NCBI GenBank assembly: GCA_002070105.1
Contig: MWCQ01000006.1
Coordinates: 35,651-99,650 of the forward strand
Direction: 5' to 3'
Origin: Firmicutes bacterium ADurb.Bin193
Lineage (GTDB): Bacteria; Bacillota; Clostridia; Monoglobales; Firm-18
DNA length: 64,000 nt
Shown here: piece by piece, positions 54,388-64,000 of the stretch
Numbering within the stretch: the first letter of the stretch is position 1
Layout: every line of letters begins with the position of its first letter
Position numbers and translations under genes: made by a program
Notes under the pieces: model-generated
What the model was told of the DNA's origin: nothing
Database searches by the model: none
Seen by the model: only the letters and a program-made list of their open reading frames with translations

Positions 54388-55116
54388 ATGTTTGATTTTT
54401 TAAAAAAGAAAAAACCGGACAAAAAAAGCAGGGTTGCTGCAATTATCACCGCGGCAGGAAGCAGTACGCGAATGAATGGCGTCAACAAACAGTTTTCGGA
54501 TATTCTCGGAGCACCCGTTTTGGCATATACCCTAAGGGCTTTTGAGGCCACTCCCTGTATTGACGAGATTATCGTCACCGCAAGGGAGGAGGATATCCTT
54601 TTGGTTTATGATATCATCCGTGAATATGACATCTCAAAGGCTTCGAGCGTTGTCACAGGCGGAGATACGCGCCAAAAATCCGTTAAAATCGGAATCGATG
54701 CGGCGGGAGAATGCCATATTATCGCCATTCACGACGGAGCAAGACCGTGTATCCTGCCGGAACATATTGAGCTTGCCGTTTCGGCCGCAGAGCGTTACGG
54801 CGCCGCGGCGGTCGGGTGCCCCGTCGCCGACACTCTTAAGCTGGTCGGGGAAAACTCATTTATTGCAACAACTCTTGACAGAAAAGGTATATGGCATATT
54901 CAGACGCCGCAGGTGTTTAAAAGCGGGATAATAAAAGCCGCACATGACAATGCGCAAAGCGAAGGTATTGAGGCAACCGATGATTGCGCTCTTGTTGAAA
55001 GGGCAGGATATCAGGTTTATGTTGTTTTGGGCGATTCGGGGAATATTAAAATTACGACACCCCAGGATTTGTTCATCGCCAGAGGCATTATAGAAAGCAG
55101 GGGGGATTTTAAGTGA
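54388..55116 (+). CDS. ispD: 2-C-methyl-D-erythritol 4-phosphate cytidylyltransferase
   Basis: AAIITAAGSSTRM (P-loop-like), IHDGARP, and TPQVF motifs. ATG at 54388 lies 6 nt after GAGG. Confidence 0.9.
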   Translation: MFDFLKKKKPDKKSRVAAIITAAGSSTRMNGVNKQFSDILGAPVLAYTLRAFEATPCIDEIIVTAREEDILLVYDIIREYDISKASSVVTGGDTRQKSVKIGIDAAGECHIIAIHDGARPCILPEHIELAVSAAERYGAAAVGCPVADTLKLVGENSFIATTLDRKGIWHIQTPQVFKSGIIKAAHDNAQSEGIEATDDCALVERAGYQVYVVLGDSGNIKITTPQDLFIARGIIESRGDFK

Positions 55117-55580
55117 GGGTAGGCATCGGTTACGATGTTCACAGACTTGTTGAGGGGAGAAAGCTTGTGTTGGGAGGGGTCTGTATTCCTTATCCCTTAG
55201 GGCTTTTGGGACACTCCGATGCCGATGTGGTTATACATGCCGTTATGGACGCCCTTCTCGGCGCGGCGGGGCTTGGGGATATAGGCGCATTTTTCCCGGA
55301 CAATGATCCGCAGTATAAGGATATTGAAAGCACCATTCTTCTTAAACGGGTTAATGAGATTATAAAGGAAAAGGGATATACCGTTTCAAATGTTGATTCG
55401 GTTGTTGTCGCACAGGCGCCTAAGCTTGCACCGCATATAGGTGAAATGAGAAAAAATATTGCCAAGATTTTAGAGCTTGGCGATGACTTTGTATGTGTTA
55501 AGGCGACAACTACCGAAAATCTCGGCTTTGAGGGAAGAAAAGAGGGGATATCGGCACACGCGGTATGTATTATAGAATAA
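55113..55580 (+). CDS. ispF: 2-C-methyl-D-erythritol 2,4-cyclodiphosphate synthase
   Basis: GIGYDVHRL, GHSDADVVIHA, and GDIG..FPD motifs. Confidence 0.95.
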   Translation: MRVGIGYDVHRLVEGRKLVLGGVCIPYPLGLLGHSDADVVIHAVMDALLGAAGLGDIGAFFPDNDPQYKDIESTILLKRVNEIIKEKGYTVSNVDSVVVAQAPKLAPHIGEMRKNIAKILELGDDFVCVKATTTENLGFEGRKEGISAHAVCIIE

Positions 55581-55668
55581 AGCATTTAAGCTAAGGCGAG
55601 GTTTCTTACGCCGAAGCGTAAAATTTGCATAGTTACCAACAATAAATATAGAAAGGATTGATTAGGTT

Positions 55669-56364
55669 ATGTATGAAAACCAAAACACTTCAACTCAGTA
55701 TCAGCTTGATGTCACCCTTGCTCTGAACTCGTATATCGCGCGGGTCTTCGGCATTATGTTCGCAGGGCTTGCCGTTACCGCTTTTACCGCTTTTTATTTT
55801 TCGGCGAGCAATCTTATCATCAACTTGGGAAACGGGATTTTTGCTATCATTATCATTGAGCTGATTTTGGTAATGGCGCTGAGCGCCGCAATAAAACGAA
55901 TAAGCTATGGGGTCGCCCTTACGATGTTTATTGCTTACTCATTCCTTAACGGTATTACCCTTTCCATTATTTTTATCATATATGAGTTAGGGTCAATCGC
56001 CACTGCGTTTACCATTACCGCCGCAACCTTTGGGATTATGGCGATTTACGGACATATCACCAAGAATGACCTTACCGGCTTCGGAAGTCTTGCAGGAATG
56101 TTTTTGATAGGCGGACTTATTACAATGTTCGTAAACTTCTTTTTAGGAAGCGCTGCCATTGACTACATTGTTTCGGTTGTCTTGCTTGTCGTGTTTGTAG
56201 GGCTTGTCGCCTATGATACGCAAAAACTTAAGGGCTATTTTTTCGCCACTCAAAATGATGAGGTCGCGCAAAGAAAACTCGGTATTATAGGCGCATTATC
56301 GCTTTATCTTGACTTTATTAATATCTTTATCAGGCTTCTTCGGATTTTCGGTAGAAGAAAATAG
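55669..56364 (+). CDS. Bax-inhibitor-1/YccA-family membrane protein
   Basis: 7-TM protein with characteristic C-terminal YLDFINIFIRLLRIFG. Confidence 0.8.
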   Translation: MYENQNTSTQYQLDVTLALNSYIARVFGIMFAGLAVTAFTAFYFSASNLIINLGNGIFAIIIIELILVMALSAAIKRISYGVALTMFIAYSFLNGITLSIIFIIYELGSIATAFTITAATFGIMAIYGHITKNDLTGFGSLAGMFLIGGLITMFVNFFLGSAAIDYIVSVVLLVVFVGLVAYDTQKLKGYFFATQNDEVAQRKLGIIGALSLYLDFINIFIRLLRIFGRRK

Positions 56365-56482
56365 TAAAAAACACTTGCACACCGAAAAAGTTTGTGGTAA
56401 AATGTTAAAGCTGTTTAATACGCACGCCTGCACCTTCTTATGATTATGCGGCAGGCGGAGGAAAAATAAGGAGGAAAAAATT

Positions 56483-57235
56483 ATGGGAGTTATTTCAATG
56501 AAACAGCTTCTGGAGGCCGGCGTTCATTTCGGTCACCAGACGCGCAGGTGGAACCCGAAGATGGCGGAATACATCTTCACCGAGAGAAACGGTATTTATA
56601 TTATCGATCTCCAGAAAACCGCAAAAAAGGTTGAAGAGGCTTATGCTTTTATCCGCAACACGGTTATGGATCACAAGGACATTTTGTTTGTCGGCACAAA
56701 AAAGCAGGCCCAGGAGGCTATCGCTGAGGACGCCAAAAGAGTTGAGATGTTCTATGTCAACAACCGCTGGCTCGGCGGTATGCTTACAAACTTTAAGACA
56801 ATCAGAAAGAGCATAGACAGGCTTTATCAGCTTGAAAAGATGGAGGCGGACGGAACATTCGAGCTTCTTCCCAAAAAAGAGGTTTTGAAGCTTCGCAAGG
56901 AGATGGAGAGACTTGAAAAGAACTTCGGCGGCATCAAGGAAATGAAAAAAATGCCCGGAGCGATTTTTGTTGTTGACCCAAGGAAGGAAAAAATCGCGAT
57001 AGCCGAAGCGAAAAAGCTTAACATTCCCGTTGTCGCTATCGTTGACACAAACTGCGACCCTGAGGAAGTAGATTATGTAATTCCCGGAAATGATGATGCT
57101 ATCCGCGCCGTTAAGCTTATTGTCGAAACAATGGCTAACGCCGTTTTGGAGGGCAGACAGGGCGAATCCTTTGCCGGAGGCGAGGACAAGGAAAGTGAGG
57201 AAACGGAAGAAGAGGAAGTTTTAGTCGCCGAATAA
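56483..57235 (+). CDS. rpsB: 30S ribosomal protein S2
   Basis: [22 protein letters not shown]. Confidence 0.95.
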   Translation: MGVISMKQLLEAGVHFGHQTRRWNPKMAEYIFTERNGIYIIDLQKTAKKVEEAYAFIRNTVMDHKDILFVGTKKQAQEAIAEDAKRVEMFYVNNRWLGGMLTNFKTIRKSIDRLYQLEKMEADGTFELLPKKEVLKLRKEMERLEKNFGGIKEMKKMPGAIFVVDPRKEKIAIAEAKKLNIPVVAIVDTNCDPEEVDYVIPGNDDAIRAVKLIVETMANAVLEGRQGESFAGGEDKESEETEEEEVLVAE

Positions 57236-57264
57236 ACTTATGAATTAAAGGAGTCAGAATATAT

Positions 57265-58173
57265 ATGATTACTGCTGCGAGCGTTAAGGAGCTTCGTGAG
57301 ATAACGGGCTGTGGAATGATGGACTGTAAAAAGGCGCTTACCGAAGCCAACGGGGATATGGAAAAGGCCATTGTAATCCTTCGTGAAAAGGGGCTTGCCT
57401 CTGCCGCAAAAAAGGCGGGAAGAGTTGCTTCGGAAGGGCTTGTTAATGTCAGTGTTGAGGGGAATATCGGCGTTGTTGTGGAAATTAATTCGGAAACCGA
57501 CTTTGTCGCAAAAAATGCCGACTTCAAAGCCTTTGTGGATAATGTTACAAAGCAGATTATCTCGGTAAATCCGGCAAATGTCGAGGAGCTTTTGGCTTCG
57601 CCGTTTGTTGACGATAAATCCGTTACAATCGGTGAGATGCTTACCGAAAAAATCGCAAAAATAGGCGAGAATATGAATATCAGGCGCTTTGAAAGGTTTG
57701 AAGGCGTTTGTGAGGGCTATATACACGGCGGAGGAAGAATAGGCGTGCTTGTTTTGTTCGATACCGACGCTTCCGTTGCCGCAAAGCCCGAATTCAAGGA
57801 GTTTGCCAAGGATATGGCTATGCAGGTTGCCGCAGCATTTCCGCAATATGTCAATATTGCCGATGTAGACCCCGCAGCCGTAGAGGCTGAAAAGGAAATC
57901 CTCAGGGCTCAGGCGCAAAACGAGGGTAAGCCCGAAGCTATCATCTCAAAAATGGTGGAAGGCAGAATTGCTAAATTCTATAAGGAGATTTGCATTGTTG
58001 AGCAGCCTTTTATCAAGGACCCCGACAAGACTGTCAAGTCTCTTATCAAGGAAAAGGAAGCAGAACTTGGCGGAAGCATTAAAATAGCAAAGTTTGTCCG
58101 TTTCGAAAAGGGCGAGGGGCTTACAAAGAAGGAAGAAAACTTTGCCGACGAAGTCGCAAATATGATTAAATAG
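57265..58173 (+). CDS. tsf: translation elongation factor Ts
   Basis: [22 protein letters not shown]-like N-terminus. Confidence 0.95.
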   Translation: MITAASVKELREITGCGMMDCKKALTEANGDMEKAIVILREKGLASAAKKAGRVASEGLVNVSVEGNIGVVVEINSETDFVAKNADFKAFVDNVTKQIISVNPANVEELLASPFVDDKSVTIGEMLTEKIAKIGENMNIRRFERFEGVCEGYIHGGGRIGVLVLFDTDASVAAKPEFKEFAKDMAMQVAAAFPQYVNIADVDPAAVEAEKEILRAQAQNEGKPEAIISKMVEGRIAKFYKEICIVEQPFIKDPDKTVKSLIKEKEAELGGSIKIAKFVRFEKGEGLTKKEENFADEVANMIK

Positions 58174-58186
58174 TCACAAAATTTTT

Positions 58187-58222
58187 AAGGCTTGTCCTAA
58201 TGCGGACAAGCCTTTAATTTTT
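58187..58222 (+). terminator. intrinsic terminator after tsf
   Basis: aaggcttgtcc-taatgc-ggacaagcctt followed by taattttt. Confidence 0.65.
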
Positions 58223-58269
58223 GAAAATATCCCGGGAAACAACTGATTTTGTTAACGGTTTTCGTTTGT

Positions 58270-59628
58270 TTACAACGCCCTGCCTTCCTGTGTATTTATT
58301 ATTTTTTCCTTTTTTTCCACGACTGAAAAGGTGTAAACCGCGCAGGATACAAGAAGAATTCCCGAAATGAGCATCAGAATTTGTTGACCCTTTAATACCA
58401 TGCCGAACACTACCGGCTTGTATTTATCCGCAAGGGGAAGAATAAAAGAGCCGAGAAAGACACCTAAAAATCCGATTATTCCCGTTACCGCACCACAAAT
58501 GCCGATATATATCGTCCGTCCCTTCATAGGTGCATAGTCGTACTGAACATTTAAGAGCGCAATATTGATAGATGCCCATCCGAAGCTTGCGATAAGCGCA
58601 CTCGCGGGATACGCCCAAATCCATGTCGACGGGGTCAGGAAAAAATTCAAAAGGTGGCTTGCCGCTATAAGTATGACGGAAAGCCTGCACACCCTTGCCC
58701 ATGAGGTCTTGTCGGCAAGACGCCCCCACCGCCTCACGATAACAGCCTTTTGTATCATAGTTATAAAGGATACTGTGCTTATAAAACCATAGCTTATTTT
58801 TAGGTCGTCAACCATATATATTCCGTGATAGGGAACAGCTACCTGTATACCCAACATAAAAATTCCGCTCAGAATCAGCACGGGCCTAAATCCCTTTTCG
58901 GTCAGCACCATTTTCAGAATTTTTGCAATAGGCTCACCCCTGACGGATTGTTCAAGGCTCTCAGGCTCCATTACCCTTGATAACGCTATCGTGTTGATAA
59001 GGGTCAGAATCCCCACTATGACGCCCACATACAAAAAGCCTGTTCCCGCTTTTCCCATATCTTTAAAGTAATCGAGTATAAAGCCCGTTAAAAGCAGCAC
59101 CGCAGCCGCAGTTATCATCGAATAAAATTCGCGCAGGCCGAAATATTTGCCCCGGACGCGCTGAGGCGTCAGGGAAATTATCCAACTGTTTGCCATCGGA
59201 GTTATAAAGGCATTTATAAAATGCCCGGAAAACAGCAGGATTGCGATTACCGCACATGCCTGTGAGGGGGGCAAAAAAAGCGGAACAAAAAATATCAGCG
59301 TGAACATAAGCCTGTGCAAAAGTGCCCCTGCGCTTATGTAGGGCTTGCGCTTTTTTATGTTTTGTGCCAGTGCGGCGCCCATGGGCTGTGCCACATTCAC
59401 AAGCGCCGGAAAGGCGCTTATTATTCCGTTTAGGGTTTTTGGCGCTCCGATGTGGTGAAGAAGCCCCGAAAGGTATACGAACGACACAAGATTCAGCACC
59501 GCAAATGCAGTCACGCCGTCTATGGTAAATGCCCTTCTGCTGTTTAAGTACTCCGACTTGCCCTCGGGAATCTGATTTATGTAGCGGCGGCGAAGCCTGC
59601 CCAATATATACATTATATGATAATACAT
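58270..59628 (-). CDS. MFS transporter
   Basis: 12-TM topology. Start at M13 of the track ORF (AAGGGA RBS). Confidence 0.75.
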   Translation of the reverse strand: MYYHIMYILGRLRRRYINQIPEGKSEYLNSRRAFTIDGVTAFAVLNLVSFVYLSGLLHHIGAPKTLNGIISAFPALVNVAQPMGAALAQNIKKRKPYISAGALLHRLMFTLIFFVPLFLPPSQACAVIAILLFSGHFINAFITPMANSWIISLTPQRVRGKYFGLREFYSMITAAAVLLLTGFILDYFKDMGKAGTGFLYVGVIVGILTLINTIALSRVMEPESLEQSVRGEPIAKILKMVLTEKGFRPVLILSGIFMLGIQVAVPYHGIYMVDDLKISYGFISTVSFITMIQKAVIVRRWGRLADKTSWARVCRLSVILIAASHLLNFFLTPSTWIWAYPASALIASFGWASINIALLNVQYDYAPMKGRTIYIGICGAVTGIIGFLGVFLGSFILPLADKYKPVVFGMVLKGQQILMLISGILLVSCAVYTFSVVEKKEKIINTQEGRAL

Positions 59629-59773
59629 TTTATCAGTCCCTTTGGTTTTTTTCTTTATAGTCATTCTACTATAAGAGGTTCATTATTACAATATTAATTT
59701 GCAATTATAAGCAAATAATTATATAATAACTCAGTATACTTTTATTTCGCAAGCAAAAATGGGAGGAAGGGAA

Positions 59774-60709
59774 ATGTTTGATTCGGGCGTTTTTGCCGCT
59801 TTCGGCGCCGTTTTGACCATCATAATCCTGATTGCGACAGGTTTTTCGCTCAGTAAATTCGGGAAAATTACCCCGGAGATTTCAGGGTTTATCTCATGGA
59901 TTGTCATCAATGTAAGCCTTCCCTGCCTTATGACGGTTACTATTTTAACATCCTTTGACAGAAGTGACCTCGCTTCCATTCCACGCGCCGTTGCGGCCCC
60001 TGCTCTGTCGATAGTTTTAGGGTATTTCGCCGGCTTTGCAGTCGCCAAAATTTCAAAGCCCGCATCGGGAAGATTGGGGCAGACAATCGTTCAGACCGCA
60101 CAAAACAACACAATATTTATGGGACTGCCGGTTAACATCGCAATGCTCGGCGAGGTGAGCGTTCCCTATGTCCTATACTATTACATAGCAAACACCGTGT
60201 TTTTTTGGTCGCTCGGCGTTTATCTAATTTCGGAGAAAAAAAGCAAGAGGGGGAAGAATATACTCAGTATTTTTGTTACGCCGCCTATGTTCGGGATTTA
60301 TATCGGAGCGGTTTGCTTTGTTTTGGGACTTAATCTGCCGAAATTTGCAATGGATTCTTTAAGGTATCTCGGTAACCTTACCACTCCGCTCAGCATGATT
60401 TTTATCGGGCATGTGCTTTGCCGTTCGGGAATTAAAAATTTGAAGATAGATAAGGATGTTGTTGTCGGACTTTTTAGCAGATTTGTAATCGGCCCGTCCA
60501 TTGCGATTTGTATTTATTATTTTATGGGAATAAGCGGTATGATGAGGGATGTATTTATTGTTCAGTCCTTTATGCCCGTCATGGCAAACGCTACAATAGT
60601 GGCAGACAGGTACGGCACGGACAGCCGATACGCCGCTGTTATGGTAAGCCTTTCGACTATTGTTGCCCTTGCTTTGCTTCCGCTTGTAAGGATTTTGTTT
60701 ATAGGGTAG
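59774..60709 (+). CDS. AEC (auxin efflux carrier) family transporter
   Basis: 10-TM protein with duplicated halves. GGAGG RBS before the ATG at 59774. Confidence 0.8.
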   Translation: MFDSGVFAAFGAVLTIIILIATGFSLSKFGKITPEISGFISWIVINVSLPCLMTVTILTSFDRSDLASIPRAVAAPALSIVLGYFAGFAVAKISKPASGRLGQTIVQTAQNNTIFMGLPVNIAMLGEVSVPYVLYYYIANTVFFWSLGVYLISEKKSKRGKNILSIFVTPPMFGIYIGAVCFVLGLNLPKFAMDSLRYLGNLTTPLSMIFIGHVLCRSGIKNLKIDKDVVVGLFSRFVIGPSIAICIYYFMGISGMMRDVFIVQSFMPVMANATIVADRYGTDSRYAAVMVSLSTIVALALLPLVRILFIG

Positions 60710-60789
60710 CGCATGCTCTTTTTTTGCCCTTTATTTATGACATCCTCTGTGTTATATTTGTTATCGTAGCACAAGTGGGGGTGTTCACC

Positions 60790-61005
60790 GTGAGGAAAAA
60801 GGCAGTTGACGAGAAAGAGATTATTCATATTCTTTCCGCTATCGCGCGCGGAAATGTCGGCGACGAGCCCGTTAAGGTCGGCGAACGGCTTAAGGCGGTT
60901 GAACTCTTGGGTAAGAAATATGATATGTTCGGACCTTGTGAGCCGTCCGTGGGCGACATCAGGGTGGTGGTCGATTATGTCGGAAAATGTGAAGGTTCAG
61001 TTTAA
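60790..61005 (+). pseudogene. terminase small subunit, C-terminal fragment only
   Basis: VGERLKAVELLGKKYDMFG matches the conserved C-terminal block of small terminases. No DNA-binding N-terminal part is present. The upstream part of the track ORF lies inside the AEC transporter gene. Confidence 0.5.
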
Positions 61006-62209
61006 CGAGTGCTTCAGGGAGGCAAACCTTTGCACCAAAAGGTACCGCGTTCTTATGGGCGGAGCGGGAAGCGGTAAAAGCGTAAATGTTGCCCAGGATT
61101 TTATATTGAAGCTAATGGATTTAAAATATAAAGGCGCCAACCTTCTTGTTGCGAGGAAGGTTGAGCAGAGTAACAGAAACAGCACATTCGCAGAGCTTTG
61201 TACCGCGATTTCGAGAATTTGCGGTGAAAAAGCGTCGAGTGTATGGGAAATTAAAGAGGGTTTAATGCAGATGCGGTGCCGTATTACGGGGTGCCGTATT
61301 ATTTTTTGCGGTTTTAACGATTCAAGACAAAAGGAAAAGATTAAGTCGCTTAATTTTCCGCACGGTAAGCTTACCTGGATTTGGGTCGAGGAGGCAACCG
61401 AGATTACCGAGAGTGATTTTGATATTTTAGACGACAGGCTTAGGGGGAAGTTTGAAAATCCGGAGCTTTTTTATCAGATTACCCTTACCTTCAACCCGAT
61501 AAGCGGAAGGCATTGGCTTAAAAAAAGATTTTTTGATACGGTTTGCGACGATGTTTATACCCATCGCTCCACATATCTTGACAACGCCTTTATCGATTCA
61601 GGCTATCACAACAGGATGATTAACAGAAAACTCTTTGACCCTGACGGTTACAGAGTTTATGCGCTCGGTGAGTGGGGTATGCAGGAGGGGCTGATTCTGA
61701 CCAACTATGAAGTTTGTGAGTTTGAGCGGGATTTTGACAGTATCGTTTTGGGTCAGGATTTCGGCTTTAACCATGCCAACGCACTTTTGGCGGTCGGATT
61801 TCGGGACGGAAACATTTATGTTTTTGACGAACTTTATGAGTATGGCAAGGACACCGCGGAGCTTATTTCTCTTGCTGAGGGCAGGTTTGACAAAAAGGCT
61901 GTTATGTACTGCGACAGTGCGGAGCCGGACAGGATTAAGACCTGGCGCAGGGCGGGCTTTAACGCCGTCCCCGTCAAAAAAGGCGCCGGAAGTATTTTGG
62001 CACAGATTGATTATTTGAAGAGCAGAAAAATTTTTATAAGACATGTTTGTATTAATCTTATAAGGGAGCTTCAGGCGTGGAGGTGGCATGCCGACAGCAG
62101 CGGCGCACTTACCGACACGCCTTTTGACGGTTTTGACGATGCGATTGCCGCCCTTCGCTATGCTGTCGCGCACAAGATTACAGACGGTGGAATTGAGTTT
62201 TTAAGGTAG
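60977..62209 (+). CDS. phage terminase large subunit (PBSX family)
   Basis: Walker A GGAGSGKS, WVEEATE Walker B-like, and C-terminal nuclease region with DDAIAALRY. Confidence 0.9.
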   Translation: MSENVKVQFNECFREANLCTKRYRVLMGGAGSGKSVNVAQDFILKLMDLKYKGANLLVARKVEQSNRNSTFAELCTAISRICGEKASSVWEIKEGLMQMRCRITGCRIIFCGFNDSRQKEKIKSLNFPHGKLTWIWVEEATEITESDFDILDDRLRGKFENPELFYQITLTFNPISGRHWLKKRFFDTVCDDVYTHRSTYLDNAFIDSGYHNRMINRKLFDPDGYRVYALGEWGMQEGLILTNYEVCEFERDFDSIVLGQDFGFNHANALLAVGFRDGNIYVFDELYEYGKDTAELISLAEGRFDKKAVMYCDSAEPDRIKTWRRAGFNAVPVKKGAGSILAQIDYLKSRKIFIRHVCINLIRELQAWRWHADSSGALTDTPFDGFDDAIAALRYAVAHKITDGGIEFLR

Positions 62210-62228
62210 CTGTAAAGGAGGTTAAAAG

Positions 62229-63563
62229 ATGGTTGGTGAAACGGACATTCTAAAAGGTATGTTTCGTGCAAAGGGGATTAGCGACGAGAAAATTCTCGTG
62301 GATTTAATCGACTCGCACAACAACGCCCATATGCTTGAAGGAATCAGATATTACAACAATGAGGGCGACATTTTAAGGCGCCGGCTTTTCAGGTATGAGG
62401 CAGGGAAGAGGGTTTTGGATACCGAAAAGCCCAACCGCAGGCTTGCGCACAACTGGCATAAGCTGTTGGTTGACCAGAAAACAGCTTATCTCACCGGAAA
62501 CCCCGTACGCTTTAACGCCGAAAACCCGGAGGCGACAAGGCTTATTAACAGGTTTTTGGGTGAACGGTTTGATGACACTCTCTGTGAGCTTGCAAAAGGC
62601 TCCGCAAACAAGGGTGTGGAGTGGCTTCAGCTTTTTATAGATGAGGAAGGTAAGTTTGGATTTTGTGTTATTCCGGCACAACAGGTTATTCCCATTTGGG
62701 ATACCTCGCTTTTGAAAAAGCTCGTCGGCGTTGTGAGATATTATCCGCTTTCAACCGAAGCGGGGGAGAATGAGCTTGTTATCGAATGGTGGAATGACAA
62801 CACCGTCAAGTATTTTTCAAGGCGTGGGGGCGGAAGAATAAGGTTTATCAGGGAAGCTCCGCATTTCTACCGAAGTGGCGTGGGGTACGGCTGGGGCAGG
62901 GTTCCGTTTGTCGCCTTCAAAAACAATGAGGAGATGCTTAGCGATTTAAAATTTTATAAGCAGCTTATCGATGATTATGATATAAATATGTCCGACTTTT
63001 CCAACAATCTTTCAGAGATTCAGGAAGTTGTCACTGTCTTAAAGGGATATGAGGGCACCGACCTTCGTGAGTTTTCCGAAAACCTTAGGTATTATAAGGT
63101 TATAAAGGTCGGGAGCGGTGACGGAAGCGGGGTTGAAAAACTTGAGCTTTCCATTCCCGTTGAAGCTAAAAGAGAGCTTTTGAATCGACTTGAGGAAAAT
63201 ATTTTTCTTTTCGGTCAGGGCGTGAATGTTAAAACAGACAGATTCGGCGCAAGCCCCAGCGGCATTGCGCTTAAATTTTTGTATTCGCTGCTCGACATGA
63301 AGGCGGGGATTACCGAGAGGAAGTTTGTTGTTGCGGTTAAGGAGGTTTTGTGGTTTTTGTTTGAGTATGCCGCAATTTCAAAGGATGTAAGATACGACCC
63401 CGATACCGTTGCCGTTGTGTTTGACAAGAGAATGGTTTTAAACGAGCTTGAAATGGCGCAGATTGCCTTGCACAGCAAGGGGATTATTTCGGACAGAACC
63501 ATCATATCGCATCACCCGTGGACGGAGGATGTGGATGATGAGATTAAAAATACAGCCCTTTAG
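62229..63563 (+). CDS. phage portal protein (SPP1 Gp6-like)
   Basis: Size, position after terL, and motifs (HNWHKLLVDQKTAYLTGNPV...). Confidence 0.85.
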   Translation: MVGETDILKGMFRAKGISDEKILVDLIDSHNNAHMLEGIRYYNNEGDILRRRLFRYEAGKRVLDTEKPNRRLAHNWHKLLVDQKTAYLTGNPVRFNAENPEATRLINRFLGERFDDTLCELAKGSANKGVEWLQLFIDEEGKFGFCVIPAQQVIPIWDTSLLKKLVGVVRYYPLSTEAGENELVIEWWNDNTVKYFSRRGGGRIRFIREAPHFYRSGVGYGWGRVPFVAFKNNEEMLSDLKFYKQLIDDYDINMSDFSNNLSEIQEVVTVLKGYEGTDLREFSENLRYYKVIKVGSGDGSGVEKLELSIPVEAKRELLNRLEENIFLFGQGVNVKTDRFGASPSGIALKFLYSLLDMKAGITERKFVVAVKEVLWFLFEYAAISKDVRYDPDTVAVVFDKRMVLNELEMAQIALHSKGIISDRTIISHHPWTEDVDDEIKNTAL

Positions 63564-63669
63564 ACCGACAAAGGCGTTTGCTTTGTGCTATACCCTTTGC
63601 AGCAGGGCATAAAGAACGGTTACTCCACTACTGTGAAAGACAGTATAAAACTTAAGGAGGTGCATTTTT

Positions 63670-64000
63670 TTGATTTGGCTTGAAAAAATTTTGGAGGGGA
63701 TTGAGGGCGGCGAGCAGATTGCGGAAAAAATCAGGTCAGAGCTTCCCAGGCATTTTATCCCCAAGGACAAGTACAACGAGCTTGTGCAAAGCAAGAAGGG
63801 GCTTGAGGAAAGCCTGAAAGAGCAGATGTCGCAAAGGCTTCTGGATGTTGCGTTATCCTCAGCGCTTGCCTCAAAAAAGGGGGAGATCCGTGATGTCGAT
63901 ATGGTTAAGTCGCTTGTTGACAAAAGCGCTTTAACCGTCGGTGAGGACGGTCTTGTTTCGGGACTTGAGGACCAGCTTCGCTCAATCAGAAAGGTAAAGC
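63670..64000 (+). CDS. phage scaffold / GP20-like minor structural protein (5' part; runs off window)
   Basis: My translation from the TTG at 63670 (AAGGAGG 10 nt upstream) gives IWLEKILEGIEGGEQIAEKIRSELPRHFIPKDKYNELVQSKKGLEESLKEQ.... It stays open to the window end. Confidence 0.6.
   Translation, partial: MIWLEKILEGIEGGEQIAEKIRSELPRHFIPKDKYNELVQSKKGLEESLKEQMSQRLLDVALSSALASKKGEIRDVDMVKSLVDKSALTVGEDGLVSGLEDQLRSIRKVK

Larger units (their letters stand above)
60720..64000 (+). mobile_element. prophage (probably defective) packaging/head module; continues beyond window end
   Basis: Truncated small terminase, PBSX-type large terminase, SPP1-gp6-type portal and GP20-type scaffold, in canonical order directly after a chromosomal transporter gene. 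Confidence 0.7.

Noticed and set aside
60508-60789. 5' part of track ORF 60508..61005
   Set aside because: It lies in an alternative frame inside the AEC transporter gene. Only the last ~70 codons resemble a small terminase.
63588-63923. 111-aa minus-strand ORF at the prophage scaffold locus
   Set aside because: It is antisense to a well-supported GP20-like scaffold reading frame with a strong RBS, and its translation is Ser/Leu-rich low complexity.

Overview
The window is a chromosomal segment from a spore-forming Firmicute, probably class Clostridia and Oscillospiraceae/Ruminococcaceae-like. That placement rests on sigH, a cwlJ-gerQ pair, YaaL-like, DUF2935, DUF421/DUF4363 and YaaH-like GH18 genes. 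Most of the window is housekeeping. It includes rsgA, thiI with a cysteine desulfurase, trxA, ilvE, the yvcK-rapZ-murB-hprK cluster, coaD-rsmD, rodA, leuCDB, trmB, ispDF and rpsB-tsf. I found three tRNAs: Arg-CCT, Gly-CCC and Val-GAC. There are two metal modules. One is znuA-znuC-znuB-zur behind a palindromic operator, running without gaps into an ECF transporter. The other is an ArsR-family regulator with a P-type ATPase. Two accessory regions stand out. (1) About 28.25-34.67 kb is a visibly AT-richer island. It holds an IS integrase remnant, a secreted DUF6273/Cu-amine-oxidase-stalk protein and a decayed phage MuF/tail-lysozyme gene. It also holds two paralogous HUH/Y1 (RAYT-like) transposase genes, each bracketed by its own family of inverted hairpin repeats, plus a REPIN-like repeat doublet. 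This is the most unusual structure in the window. (2) From about 60.8 kb to the window end is the packaging/head module of a prophage with a 5'-truncated small terminase. Other notable points are a double LexA (Cheo) box on the promoter of an uncharacterised radical-SAM/DUF4130 pair and a homopolymer frameshift in an SDR gene. There is also an array of short GC hairpins after tRNA-Arg, and a CDS whose stop codon lies inside tRNA-Val. No CRISPR array or rRNA was seen. All calls come from reading the sequence and ORF translations. No database searches were run.
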